The position numbers and the translations under genes were made by a program. Source: Octopus bimaculoides (lineage: Eukaryota). From it: 49,704 bases of DNA. Of the stretch, positions 11,751 to 24,870 are shown one piece after another (position 1 is the stretch's first letter; each line of letters starts with the position of its first letter). The stretch covers positions 50,156,736-50,206,439 of the forward strand of contig NC_068990.1 of assembly GCF_001194135.2 (NCBI RefSeq). The letters are read 5' to 3'. The notes below the pieces were generated by a model. That model was not told the origin of the DNA and did no database searches. It was given only the letters and a program-made list of their open reading frames with translations.

Positions 11751-13466
11751 ACTTCATTTTATAAAACTATTTTTTCATTTATTTTATATTACTTTATATA
11801 TTATTTATTTTATATAACTATTTTTTGTTTGTTTTTCCATGTTGGTAAATAAGGAGTGGTATAGACTGTTGTTTAGCCTTAGGTCAGCCTTGATACAACA
11901 TATAATGATCAAAAGTTTTTTCAGCTTTGACTGTGCTGTCCCTTTGTAAAACTATATTGTCTAATGTATCCTTTCATTTTTAAGGCAACAGACAGTGATT
12001 GAAGAAAGATTTTACTTTTATTTCTAACAAATTAAGTAACCACCATGAGGGTAATCACCAATTAGGAATTCCTGGTTGGTGATTATTTCAGCATCAGCTT
12101 GTTGAAAATTATTTCAGATTGAGATGGAAGTGTATAGGAAATGACAGTATAAGGCATGATCTTGAGAAATATTCTAATTTTCCCATCTTGATGGGGGTAT
12201 GACTAGAGTACACTTTAAGTTTCTATAGTTACAGCAAGCTCTCAGTTATATAAACAGCTGATGGCAAGTGAATTTTGCAGCAGATTCAGTCCCACAAATG
12301 ACAATGACAATCTTTCATAATATAAGGTCAATGTTAGTGAAGCATATTTTTTTCATAATCAGGATCATGGACTTATCACATTAAAACCATCAAATATATA
12401 TGAGGCCAAATTAAAAGCATGCCCAACTAAAATAATAAGTTGGAATTAGTTGGAAAAGCTAATAGAACAAATCATACAGAATGACCAGAAAATTTTGCAA
12501 ATGAAGTTAAACAAGATAATATTAAATATGTTAATTTTTTCCTTTCTCTTTAGCTAATCAATTAAAAAATTTGTAGAGTCACAGAAGTTATAAATGTGCA
12601 GTATGACTTGATGTAATTGCACAGGAGATCAAATAGAAAAGTATACCAGACACACAGATAACATTGAAGGAAAATGAGTACAAGTTTTTTTTTTAAACAG
12701 AGCAAATACAAATACAGATTAGCAGAGAAGTAATGATATAAAGGAATAGATAAAGTTATGCTGAATGAAAGTATTGTTATGCTTAAACTATTGTTGACAG
12801 CGATTCAGATTCTCTTTCCAGGTACTTAAGGTGCATTTTTCTGGCCTTGAATCACACCCACCTTTCAACATCTTTTAATGTACACATTGAAAACTATACT
12901 AGAGTTCTGAAAAACATTGCTTATTGCTTATCAGTCATTTCTCTACAGAATCTTCCAGCATCAGTAGCATGACAAGTTACCCATGCATCCTGATTATGCT
13001 CTTGTCATTTAACCATCTATCTGTGAAGAGAGTAAGTAATATAGCAGGTCTTTGACTCAATTTGAACCCAAGATTTATTTTTTCTGAAATAGTTAAAACT
13101 TCATACCTCCCTCCACCAGATCTTTCATACTGAGTGATGATGTCATGAAAAAGGAAAAATAACCAATGATGCTCAACAACTGCACATTATATTCATTGAA
13201 AGATGTCAAAGAAAAAAACAAACAAATCAAAGTTGTTGGATGGAAATCAGTCAAGCTTTAAATAAGCTGACTCATTGAGAAGAAACAGATCTGAAAGAGT
13301 GGATAGGAGAACAAAGAACAAATGCAAGTCAGAATTTGTTTTGACAACCAGACTTGTCAACATGAAGAATCTGCAACACAAATAACCAAAACTGCTACTA
13401 AAAAAACTACACTTGACATAAGATACTCACTCACTCTTTCTCTCTCTCTAAATAAATAAATATGTA

Positions 13467-13501
<35 letters not shown>

Positions 13502-15156
13502 TTTATACAAACAAATGACACATCTCATAAATTACAGCTGTTTCCACTTCATTAATAAAATGCAGTTTTTCAAGAATAATCAAATATGTTTAAATATGTA
13601 ATGACGTTTCATTAAATAGACATATCTGCTTAAATATTTGACGAAAAATATCAAATAAAAATATTTATAATACCTAAAACTTTACAAAAATGCTTTATAA
13701 GAGCAAGCTTAATCATAAATAAGTAAATAATCTAACTGAAATTAGGTAAATTCATAAATTTAAATCTATAAATATTCCATTCTATAATTGACATTTTTGC
13801 ACAATACATACATTCATGTATACATATTTATATATACTTATATACACACATACACCTATCATTTATGTATACATACATACATACACACACACGTACGTAT
13901 ACACAGATGCATATATACATACACATATCTATATATATTTTAAAATTTACATACATATACAATTCATACACGCATGTATCTATTTATGTTAAAACATTAT
14001 TTTATATATTAATTCAAATCTAAATATTTTTAATTTGACTATTAGAATGTGGGGGAGATAACTATTTTTCCATTTATAGAAACAAGACAAAAAACAAAGT
14101 CAATTCAATACAGTCCATGAAAAAACCATTTAAATATATACATACAACAAAAACAAAGTAATACAATACAAACAAAATATCCCACAAACTAACAATGAAC
14201 CAAAACAACAAATTAAATAAGATAAATATGCTATATCTACATATATATACCCCATTATTCATTTACTCACATACATATACTTATCAATACTTATAAAACA
14301 AAATGAAAAACGAAATTAACTCTATATGGACATAGAAAAATAAATTGTTTATATACATCAAAGCCAAAGTAATACCAATACAAAAATGTATTGTTTTAGT
14401 TTCCATCCAGCCCTCACACTTACATATATACATATATACCCCCCCCTCATATATATATATATATANNNNNNNNNNNNNNNNNNNNNNNNNNNNNNNNNNN
14501 NNNNNNNNNNNNNNNNNNNNNNNNNNNNNNNNNNNNNNNNNNNNNNNNNNNNNNNNNNNNNNNNNNNNNNNNNNNNNNNNNNNNNNNNNNNNNNNNNNNN
14601 NNNNNNNNNNNNNNNNNNNNNNNNNNNNNNNNNNNNNNNNNNNNNNNNNNNNNNNNNNNNNNNNNNNNNNNNNNNNNNNNNNNNNNNNNNNNNNNNNNNN
14701 NNNNNNNNNNNNNNNNNNNNNNNNNNNNNNNNNNNNNNNNNNNNNNNNNNNNNNNNNNNNNNNNNNNNNNNNNNNNNNNNNNNNNNNNNNNNNNNNNNNN
14801 NNNNNNNNNNNNNNNNNNNNNNNNNNNNNNNNNNNNNNNNNNNNNNNNNNNNNNNNNNNNNNNNNNNNNNNNNNNNNNNNNNNNNNNNNNNNNNNNNNNN
14901 NNNNNNNNNNNNNNNNNNNNNNNNNNNNNNNNNNNNNNNNNNNNNNNNNNNNNNNNNNNNNNNNNNNNNNNNNNNNNNNNNNNNNNNNNNNNNNNNNNNN
15001 NNNNNNNNNNNNNNNNNNNNNNNNNNNNNNNNNNNNNNNNNNNNNNNNNNNNNNNNNNNNNNNNNNNNNNNNNNNNNNNNNNNNNNNNNNNNNNNNNNNN
15101 NNNNNNNNNNNNNNNNNNNNNNNNNNNNNNNNNNNNNNNNNNNNNNNNNNNNNNNT

Positions 15157-15466
15157 TCTATGTACTATATACTCTGGGAATGCATTAAAGCCCTTTTCAG
15201 GGCTACTTTATTTGAATTCTTACTATCGGGTAATTAATTTCATGTTATTACATAATTGACTTCACAATTTGGGTATTCATAACTTATTGGGAATTCCTAA
15301 AAACAACATCCCGTGTAAGACAGTTCAGTATCCTCAAAAAATGCACAAAAACAATTTTAAGGGCTACATACTTTGTATTGTTGTTACTGGATTAGCGAAA
15401 CAATTATGAGAATGGAACCAAGGGATAAGCTCCGCTTTCCCGGGAATTACTGGGTACGTCAGCTAG
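15157..15466 (+). mobile_element. Helitron 3' end
   Basis: cccgg-gaatta-ctggg hairpin (15439-15454) followed by CTAG|T at 15463-15467. The 5' part is probably in the gap. Confidence 0.5.
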
Positions 15467-15490
15467 TATATACATTCATACACATACAGA

Positions 15491-15534
<44 letters not shown>

Positions 15535-16504
15535 CACCATACATACATATACACAAACATATACATAGAGATACATATACATATATACATCGATACACAT
15601 ATACACAACGATATGTGCATACATACCCATATACATGTATATATACACATACACATACACACAGTTAGCCATATGTACCTATATAAACATAATATATACA
15701 CCAATACAGCTATACTTATATGTATATACCTCCTTTATATATACCTAAATACATATCTATTCAGATATATACATCATTAATATCTACACCAAGACTTTCA
15801 TATATATATAAATATATAAATTCATTAATTAGAAATATTCAATAGGAATATGATATACTGAATTTATATTGAGTGCTTGTATATATTATGGTATCAATAA
15901 TATTAAAATTTTTTTAAAATACATTTTAAAATATTAATCCAGTTAATACGAGCTATTATATATATTTATAAAAAACATATGTAGATATGTTGCAGTTAGG
16001 AAATCAATATTCGAAGTTTTCAAAAGGATATATATTTTTTATATCACGTATATTTTGCCTTAAGTTATAAAAATGTAGAAAAAATTATATTACATATATA
16101 AAAAAATAGATGTTATTTACTTTGTAAATAATATTTTCCTAAACAATAGATCCATTTATTTCGGTCAGTGACTTATTCACGAATATACCAATAATAATAA
16201 ATATAAGTTTCAATGTAAAAATATGTATGTGTGAGTGCATATATGTGTATGTTGGCAATCTAAAATTATCTTATGATTGTTTCGCGAAAATATTGTTGCT
16301 GTAATAATATCCTAAATGGATTATTATATATAGGTAATATTTCCACTCATCAGAGATGTAATTATTTTTGTGATATGTATTTGTATGTATAGTTTTTAAA
16401 AAAATAATAATAATATAGTCTATAAAAATAAAAAAAATATATATATATATACACCTTCTTATATATTTTTTATTTTTATAGACTATATTATTATTATTAT
16501 TTGA

Positions 16505-17320
16505 AAAAAAAACTGGGTATAAGTCTATTAACTAACTCATTAACGTTTTCTGTTATAACTTTGTATGCGTCATTACCTATAAACTTAAATTTCTTATCCA
16601 CTCCTAACTCTTTACCTACAACCATCATATAATATTTTTTACAAATTACTAAAAAATTACCTGCTGCTTTATCTGCTGGTACTATTACATACTTTTTATG
16701 TAATTCATTTGTTTATTCTTTAACTAGTGGTTTATTCCAAACTGAATCTTTCCCTATCCATATCATATTTCTTTAAATGATTAACTACCATATAACTTAA
16801 TGTGCTAACCCAGCTATTGAACTCCTCCAATTTGACCTTATATTCGAGACTTAATTAAACTATGAATTCATTAATGGCTTTTAATATAACTTTATTATAT
16901 TTACTAATCTTACCTTGTTCTCTGTATAGTGTCCCTTTACTGATAATCTCCCTTAGCTCCTTATTTTTAATTATATCTAAATTTCCTATATAAACATGTC
17001 CTGTTTTTTTTTTTATAACAAAATTCCGGATTATCACATTTACAATCTTCTAAGTATATTTCTCTCAAACTTTCAAGACTGATTTTTGATAGAATCTTAT
17101 CATAATTAAATAAGGTATTACATATCTTTTTACGAAGCTCGTAACAAATCTTGACATTTATATGTCTAACATTTTCCGGCAAAAGGTTTTCTGTTTTATT
17201 ATTTCTAATTACATTACCTAAATTAACATCATCAATGAAATTACTAACATAAGGTATTTTTAAATATTCAACTATAACATTATTGGTTTTCACTTTAGCC
17301 TTTATCATTGGGCCCACAGA
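16505..17320 (-). mobile_element. Penelope-like element fragment, Naiad-type (CxC linker plus start of RT region)
   Basis: Translation across frameshifts and stops: YLKIPYVSNFIDDVNL..KICYELRKKICNTLFNYDKIL..EDCKCDNPEFCY-K-TGHVYIGNLDIIKNKELREIISKGTLYRE..NELHKKYVIVPADKAAGNFLVICKKYY..KELG. The PADK motif is typical of PLE RTs; the CxC is at 17036-17044. Confidence 0.7.
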
Positions 17321-18665
17321 ACAACAACCCACCTCTAATAGCTGAGATTGGAAGCTTTCAGTTAGAATGCTCCACCTGCTAGAGAAATGATAGATGAATG
17401 TAAATGAAACCATGCTAAATCCTTCCTCACACAGCCTCAGTAACATACAAATCGTTATGAACATATATCTAAAAAAATCATTCTGTAATGGAACATGATA
17501 ATAGTAACAACACATTGCATTACACATTTTAAGAAAATGTGGTCACAACACAATATCATCACCTAAGAATTTTACCAAAACAAAACTATCAAATTCCCAA
17601 GATATGTTTGGCCCAATACATAGTCCCTATACATGTCAGTTGCTGAAACTAATTATAGTATCAGCATTTGAGGACTGTCAAATCATCTATTACCAGATGG
17701 TTATACAAATTGTAGTACTTTGCACTTCTGTGAAGTATTTTCCTAGTTATCAATTATTTTGGGGGTTGGAAAAGCCCCTTGAATTTGCTGACCTTTAAAC
17801 ATAAATCTGCTTTTTGTCTAGTATTCAATCCATTATTCTTTTCTTTTCTCAGTATTCTTCTCTCTGTATTTTCCTACTTCTATTATTGTTGCTTTTTAGT
17901 TTCATCATCCTTATGTAATGTTTGCTAAATATCTCAATTGTTATATTTGTCATGACTGAGCTGAAGTTAGAAATCAATGTTTCCATATACAGACCTCAGC
18001 ATCAAAGGCAATAAATAGGCTAATTTCCAACCTAGTATTTCTTAGAAAGTTTCTACAAATTTGAATGCAGCACTCTTATGCTTATTGATTTTCTTGAGAT
18101 AAAGATGAAAGAACATGATTAGACTGTAGCCAACTGCTGCATCTACACATGAAAACCTATATCCTTCACTAGTTGTAATTTAGTCAAAATCTTCTCCAAG
18201 ATCATGGGTGTTGGAATCATACTTGCTCTTTCATGACTGAAGTATCTTAGTTTGTTGCGTTAAAAATACTCATATTCCATATTTCAACCAGATTTCTTTC
18301 ACCACAGTTTATATCTATAAATCTTGTTAACATACATCAAAGAAAAATAGAATTGAACTAAAAAGAAAGATCATGCATCACTGAAAACTAATTTGATTTG
18401 ACATTTATAACAATGATTAGGCTGAATTAAAATAACTTCAAGCCAATTATTTCATAATGAAATTCTTAAAAGATAGTTTATATTTTCATAAAATCATTTG
18501 ATTATTCATCATCTATAAGTAGTCAATTTATTAAGTTAATTTCCACATCACATCTACTTCTAGACAATGATAATTTGCACCACAATCTTTTTCCTTGTAT
18601 AAAAGTCAAATCCACAACGTTATTTAGAGTCTGTCTCACATCACAATTTGTGGATTTTCCCAGCA

Positions 18666-19553
18666 TATGAATGGGTGTCAAGAAATAACTGGAAATGTTC
18701 TCTGTGGGACAAATCCATTGTAGTTCAGGCTTCCATAGCTAGAGGCCACATTATGCAACTCTCAGGCATCAGTCTACTGACCGGCGTCATCATACCACAT
18801 CATACTGCCATGTGGCGTGTCTTTGTTTTGCAGAGCTTCTCCCATTTGTCAATTTTTGTGATGGCTGAAACAAAGGAACAGTATACTTCTGTGAAATTCT
18901 GTTTTTTGCTGGGAAAAATGGTGGCTGAAACAGTTCCCAGCCTTCAAACAGCATACAAGGACTCTGCTATGAGCAAAACACAGCTTACAAGTGGTTTTCA
19001 TGTTTTAGGAATGGACACTTGTCACCAGAAGACCAAACTCGTTCAGGATGACTGTCAACCTCCCAAATGAATGAAAACATCATGAAAATTCATGAACTGA
19101 TCTTGGAGGACCGTCACCAAACAACTGAAAAATTTGTTGATATAACTGGTGTATCTGGAGTTCCTTCCAACAAATTTTGGGTGAGAAATTGTGAAAGAAA
19201 AGAGTTGCAGCAAAATTTGTGCTTCACTTGCTCAGGAAAGATCAAAAGCAGTCATGACTGAATGCATTCATGAACTGAAAGAACAGTTGGAAGTTGATCT
19301 GGACCTTCTTTCAAAGGTCATCACTGGTGACAAAAGCTGGTGCTACAGAATTTGAAGAAAAGATGATGGAGGCATTAAAAGCTATCACTTTGCAAGAGTT
19401 CCAGCACTGCTTCGAATAGTGGAAAATGCACCTGGACCAATGCATTGCTTTAAATGGAGAATACTTTGAAGGCAATAAAAGTGTAAACATGTAAAACTAA
19501 GAGAATAAAATAACGTTGCAAAAATTCCAGTTTCTTTTGGGTACCCTGTCATA
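18666..19553 (+). mobile_element. mariner element with internal deletion
   Basis: ~30-bp imperfect TIRs (tatga..gggt..caa.aa..aactggaa). N-term EQYTSVKFCFLLGK..ET..LQTAYKDSAMSKTQ, ILEDR, VITGDKSWCY, then a jump to the C-term QCIALNGEYFEGN. Confidence 0.85.
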
Positions 19554-20409
19554 TATTGTCAAGTACATAAACTACCAACCCTTCATCTATGAACATTTTT
19601 TTCTTTGGCTTGTAATAGGACTTGAATGTCACTTGTTCAGTATCCAGGTGTATACTGCTCATGTTTCATATATGAAAACATTGAAACCTTTTTAAAAAAA
19701 ATCTATGTTAGGCCATTATGCTGTATATATACAGGTCATTAAATGGTTCATAGGTGCTCCAGTAAGTGGTAATCTTCATTAGCTCCTTAATGACTATTAT
19801 CATTTTTTGTGAAAGAAAATGGAGAAAGTGAAAATTATAGAGGTATGTGCATTTTAATGCTTATGTGGAATGTAAAAAAGAAAACTTTGGTTTGTATATA
19901 AATGCATTTCTTGTAGGAGTGTGGCTGATAGTTCTATTTTAAGAAAGTGCCTTAACCACAACAGATCAAGGATACTAATGTTCAAAGAAGCGCTAGTTAA
20001 GACTGGCAGTCAGAGTCCTTTGTTCACAAGTCAGCAGAGATGGAAGAATTAGGAAGAGGGACAACAGATGTGTGTGTGAGCATATGCACACATATGCACA
20101 CATATGCATTCATGCATATGTGTGGAGTGAGAGGAAGAACAGTTTCGATAGGGTTGAGAATCAGTGGATTTAGAGTAGTGTTTCCCAACCTTTTACTCTT
20201 AACATAAAAATCATTATAAATATTTATTAATTCTTCTCTTTCTCTTTCATAAAGTTAATTTTCATAAGAGATTAAAGATATCATGTGTTTTGACTAAGAC
20301 CTTGTTTAACTCAAATTCTCTTACAATTCCCTATAAGGGGGTCATTTTTCCATAGGGAAAACACATTCAGAGTATTTCAAATATGCCACACGTATGTAGT
20401 AATATGAAT

Positions 20410-21295
20410 ATCAGAGTTAGATGAGAAATTCCAGGTGTGGAAGCAAAATCTGAAATCTAAGGGCTTTATGGTTAACTTAGGAAAAAGACTAAGGTCCTAG
20501 TAAGCAAGAAAACTGACAGGACTCTACTCCCTTCAATTTGTATTGTTCAATTTATAGGAAAGGTGTAGACAGGGACTCCATACAGTGTACCCAGTGTAAC
20601 AGGGAGGTTATCAGAGAAGATAGTTTGTATGTGGAAGATGCACAGGGTCCATAAAAAGTTTAGAGACTCAGGAAATTGATTCTCTCAAATACCCTGGTGG
20701 CTCATTAGAGGTAATAAATAATTTCTGCTATCTAACAGACTGAATTAGTAGTGGGTGAAGATTCATAGAGAGTGTGACAGCTAAAATAAGATTAGGATGG
20801 AGGAAATTCAGAGAACAGTCTGTTGGCCATGAAAAGTTTCTCTCTCTGAGGGAAAGGAAGATTGTATAAAGCATATATATGGACAGCAATTCTACATGGT
20901 AGTGAGATGTGGAGCCTGAATGCAGAGTACATGCAAAGATTAGTAAGGAATGAGGCTAGTATGTTCCGCTGGATGTGTAATGTAAGTGTATGTTTGACAG
21001 AGTGCTAGTGTTCTGAGACATAAGAGGAATTGGTTGCTGTATGCAAGAGAGAAGGCTGCACTGGTTTGGTCATGTGATGTGGATGAATGCTGACAGGTCC
21101 ATAAAGAAGTGCCAATCTCTCAAAGTGCATGGAACACATGGAAGTGGGGGACTCAGGAAGACATGGGATGAAGTACTGAAAAACGACCTCAGGTCTCTGA
21201 ACATTTCTGGTGAGATGACAAAGGACTGAGATGCCTGGTGCCTTACAATGCTTAAGAAGACCCATACTCTGCAGCAGGAGTGCTAAGATCAATCT
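20410..21295 (+). mobile_element. RTE-clade LINE, 3' part of ORF (decayed)
   Basis: ELDEKFQVWKQNLKSKG..VNL.KTKVLVS, N.FCYL, GSEMW, RRLHWFGHVMWM, LRKTWDEVLKNDL. Confidence 0.8.
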
Positions 21296-21299
21296 TCTG

Positions 21300-21612
21300 A
21301 TGGTGTAAAACAGTAGTGGCAGCCCCACGTAAAAGCACCCATGCAGTGCCACATAAAAGCGCCTGCACAACACCACATAAAAGCACCTGTGCAGTGTCAT
21401 GTAAAAGCACCCATGCAGTACCATGTAAAAATGTCCTTGCAGTGTCACGTGGAGGCACCTAGCACACTCTGTAAAGTGGTTGGTGTTAGGAAGGGCATCC
21501 AATCATAGAAATCATGCCAAATCAGACTGAAGTCTGGTGCAGCTCCCTACCTTGCCAGCTCTGGTTAAACAGTCCAACCCATGCCAACCTGACAACAAAT
21601 GTTAATGATGAT
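21300..21612 (+). mobile_element. SINE/RTE 3' module with 24-bp minisatellite
   Basis: About 5 copies of aaaagcacccatgcagtgccacat (21327-21450), then the aggaagggcatcc / ccaacccatgcc tail ending in gatgatg. Confidence 0.7.
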
Positions 21613-23124
21613 GTATATTTTGAGCAGTGTAGAAGGAGTGAAACAGTGCCTGACCCACCCCTCATACACTGAATTTCTACATCACTGATCTCTGGCTACA
21701 TATCCATACAATTATTTTCCTTATTCTGTCCCCCAACACCACACAAACTGAACTTTATGGAAGCCAACTCTGAAGCTAATGGGAGGTTTCATAATCAACA
21801 AAGAGTTTTAGCAAGTATGAAAGTAAACCTGAAAACACATTCATCTATAAGTGCCTTTGGAGTTGCCAGCTTAAGTGTTCATTTTGCAAGTTCATAATCA
21901 GAATCATAATAAAATTGAGACTATCTTTATCTGGCAGAGGTTTGTTTCAACTTCCAATGTAAGAATACATTTAGGACTGTGAACTTGACTGCAACCTAAT
22001 GACCAGATTCAGTGATGCCAAAAATATGTCCAGATATGAGAAAGAAGTGATGGCAAAATAGAAAACTTCACCTTCAGGCAAAACAGTGAATTTGCTTCAT
22101 TTCTCTACTTTTGTAATGCTCATAAATCTGTAACTATCCACAATATTAATAATCTTCTACATATCAAGCTTCTGAATGGCATACACAGATTTAATAGCCT
22201 CTGTCATAATGATGTAGTTCAATCATTATTTTTTTTTATAGTTGTCACTGGTTCAAAACATCTCACATTTTCAATGTCATTTTTGACTCTACTCTCCTAG
22301 TCTCTCCAGGATTTTACATCCCTTCGTTGACAAATTTCATTGACCTTCCTATCTTTTTGTTTACACAAGAGAATGATACATTTTCACTTTGTCAAAAAAA
22401 AAAAAAAACTTAATGTATCAATATGAAGTTGTCAGTTCATAAAAATTGAAAGTAATCAAACAATTAAAAGTAATTTTTTCAATCTTTCTTTCTTTTTTTT
22501 CAAATAGGATAATTCAATTATAGTAGAATTTCTTTGACAAGTGTACCATTCTTTCAGTCTTATGCTAAAATTTGTTGACTGAGTGTGATTCACCTTTTAA
22601 ATATAGTTGGACAATTTATTCTATGCTCAACAGCAGAGCACCTTTAAGTCATAACAGGCCCACTTGCCTTAATGCAGCTTTCCTTAAGATGAGGGATAGA
22701 CAAATAGTTATTAGTTTATTGGCGAGTTCAGTAGATGCAAGGAGAGTCATGATTTTAGTTTAAGTATATAGTTATTGAGGAATCAATATTTAAGTGTTGA
22801 GTATATTATTTGTGTATGTTCTTCATATATTTTAATGTTTTTAACAAGGTATCATTATAGAATGATGTGCTATGGAGACAATCATAGTTTAAACATGTAA
22901 AAAATACACTTTTTGCTTCATCATTTTCATGTCAAAATAAATATTTTCCATACAAAATTATATACCATTTGAAAGTTCTAGATGTGAACTTTCTTTTCAT
23001 ATCGTTTTAATTAAAATCCAACAGTCACATATGATGTCAGTGTGCCTCAAACATCCTGGTATTTTCATGCATTTACAAAGTTTGTTTCATTTTTTCTTTA
23101 CTGCTGAATGGTAGCCTTTGTTCT

Positions 23125-24870
23125 AGTTCAATGCACTGGAGTGCTGTAACACTTGGTTGATATGGAGGAGTAGTGAAATGTTCAATTGAGTACATCTTGC
23201 AAAAATTCTTAAATCCATTAGCCGTGAATAGTGTACCATTATCAGAGACTATGGTATCTGGGACACCATACCTAGCAAAAAGTTCATGTAGAAATTCCAC
23301 TGTTACTGGAGAAGTTTTCTACATTTACGCATTTATGGCCATTTAGTAAAGCTATCTACCACTATTCGATAATATGATTGGTTTAACAGTGCTGCAAAGT
23401 CTATGTGTATGTAGCCTGGACCATGGAATATCAGTTTTGGGCCAAGGTTGAAATTTTATAGGTGGTGATTTCACTGCAAGAGCACAACCTCTGCAGGATT
23501 TTACCAACTTCTCAATATCTAGATCCATTTTTGGCCAGTAAACATAACTCCTCTTAAGCAACTTCCTCTTAGAAATTCCTGGATGTCCAGTGTGGAATTC
23601 CTTTAACATTCGACCTTGTAGTGAGGTAAGCATTATGACCCTCTGTGCTTGCATAAGCACATTATCTCATATTGTATACAAATTTGAAACTGTTACATCC
23701 AGCCGCACATATTTTTTATTTGTTTCTTCTGATCTCACTGTTTTTCATTTTTATGATAAACTCGTCTGTCTCTGCCTTAATTTTTATTTCCTCCAATGTC
23801 ACAGGCAATTCATGCACAACATCACACAATTTATTTTTTATTTCATTTTCAGCTTTTAATGCCACTATCACTGTGTCTTCTAGTGGTTCACTGTACTTTG
23901 GTATTAACCTTGACAAACCATCTGCATGTCCCAAATTTTTTCAATGGCAAATACTCCATTTTTAAGTCATAATTCAGCAGGATTGTTCCCCAGCGCTGCA
24001 ATCTGTTGAGTGTATGTGTGGTGGTACCCTTTTTTGATCCATAGATCAACAATAATGAATGGTAGTCTGTCTGCAGACAGAACATCCTTCTATGTATATA
24101 TTTATGGAATTTTTTTACCACAAATATGATGGCTATTGCCTCTTTTTCTATTTGACTGTAACTTTTCTCAGCTAGCAATAATGAACATGAAGCATGAGCT
24201 ACTGCTTTCAGGCTACCAGCTTCATATTTGTGTAAAATTACAGCTCCAGTACCACTTTCACTAGTATCTGCTGCCACTACTATTTCTAAATTTGGGTCAA
24301 AATGTGATAACGACAATTCTGACGTTGAGACGTTTTCAATTTCTTCAAAAGTTTTTGGCATTTGTCTGACCAGTTCCACTTAATGTCTTTTTTTAACAAG
24401 TTATTCAGGGGTGCTCTTAAATCGTGCATATTTGGTATGTATATTTGGTAGTAATTTGCAATCCCCCAAAATGCTTGTAATGTTGTAATGTTCGTCAGGG
24501 GAGGCATATTTTTTATTGCACTCACCCGAGACAGGTCTGGTCTGCGTCCATTTTCATCAATAATCTGCCCTAGATATTTTATTCTTGGCATACTTTTCCT
24601 CACTGAGGTTAAACCCATAATCTTTTATTCTTTTGAATACCTTTTTAACATGTTCAGCATGCTGACTCCGAGATTCACTTTTTATGAGTACGTCATCAAG
24701 GTAAGCTATAGCGAAATCTGAACCTGCAAACATAATGTCCATATCTAGTTGGAAAATGCCAGGCACCACCTTTATACCAAAGGGGAGTTGATTAAACTTA
24801 TACAACTCTTTATGGGTATTTATTGTCAATATTTTTGAACATTCTTCATTGACTTTTACCTGCAAAAATG
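23125..24870 (-). mobile_element. Ty3/Gypsy LTR-retrotransposon pol fragment (RT-RNaseH-integrase), no LTRs found
   Basis: LQVKV..INTHKELYKFNQLPFGI, AYLDDVLI, IKYLG, VAADTSESGTG..YSQIEKEA..VKKFH, ADGLSR, FHTGHPG..YVYWP..CRGC, LFARYGVPDTIVSDNG..PPYQP. Domain order RT-RH-IN; many frameshifts. Confidence 0.9.

Noticed and set aside
15373-15780. YI/HT/CV-repeat ORFs (also 8172-8411, 38216-38692, 45146-45334, 47370-47829)
   Set aside because: Translations of (TA)n, (CA)n and (CATA)n microsatellites.
16505-17320. Selenoprotein-encoding Naiad
   Set aside because: The stops I read are TAA or frameshifts and the Cys codons are TGT; no TGA at Cys positions in this fragment.
17600-18320. Possible very old non-LTR endonuclease relic on the minus strand (GEDFD-like); similarly vague RT-like sequence at 21700-22050 and 12800-13150
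   Set aside because: Too decayed to support by eye; needs a profile or consensus search.
21327-21450. CRISPR-like array
   Set aside because: Direct tandem units without unique spacers, in a eukaryotic retroposon; it is a minisatellite.
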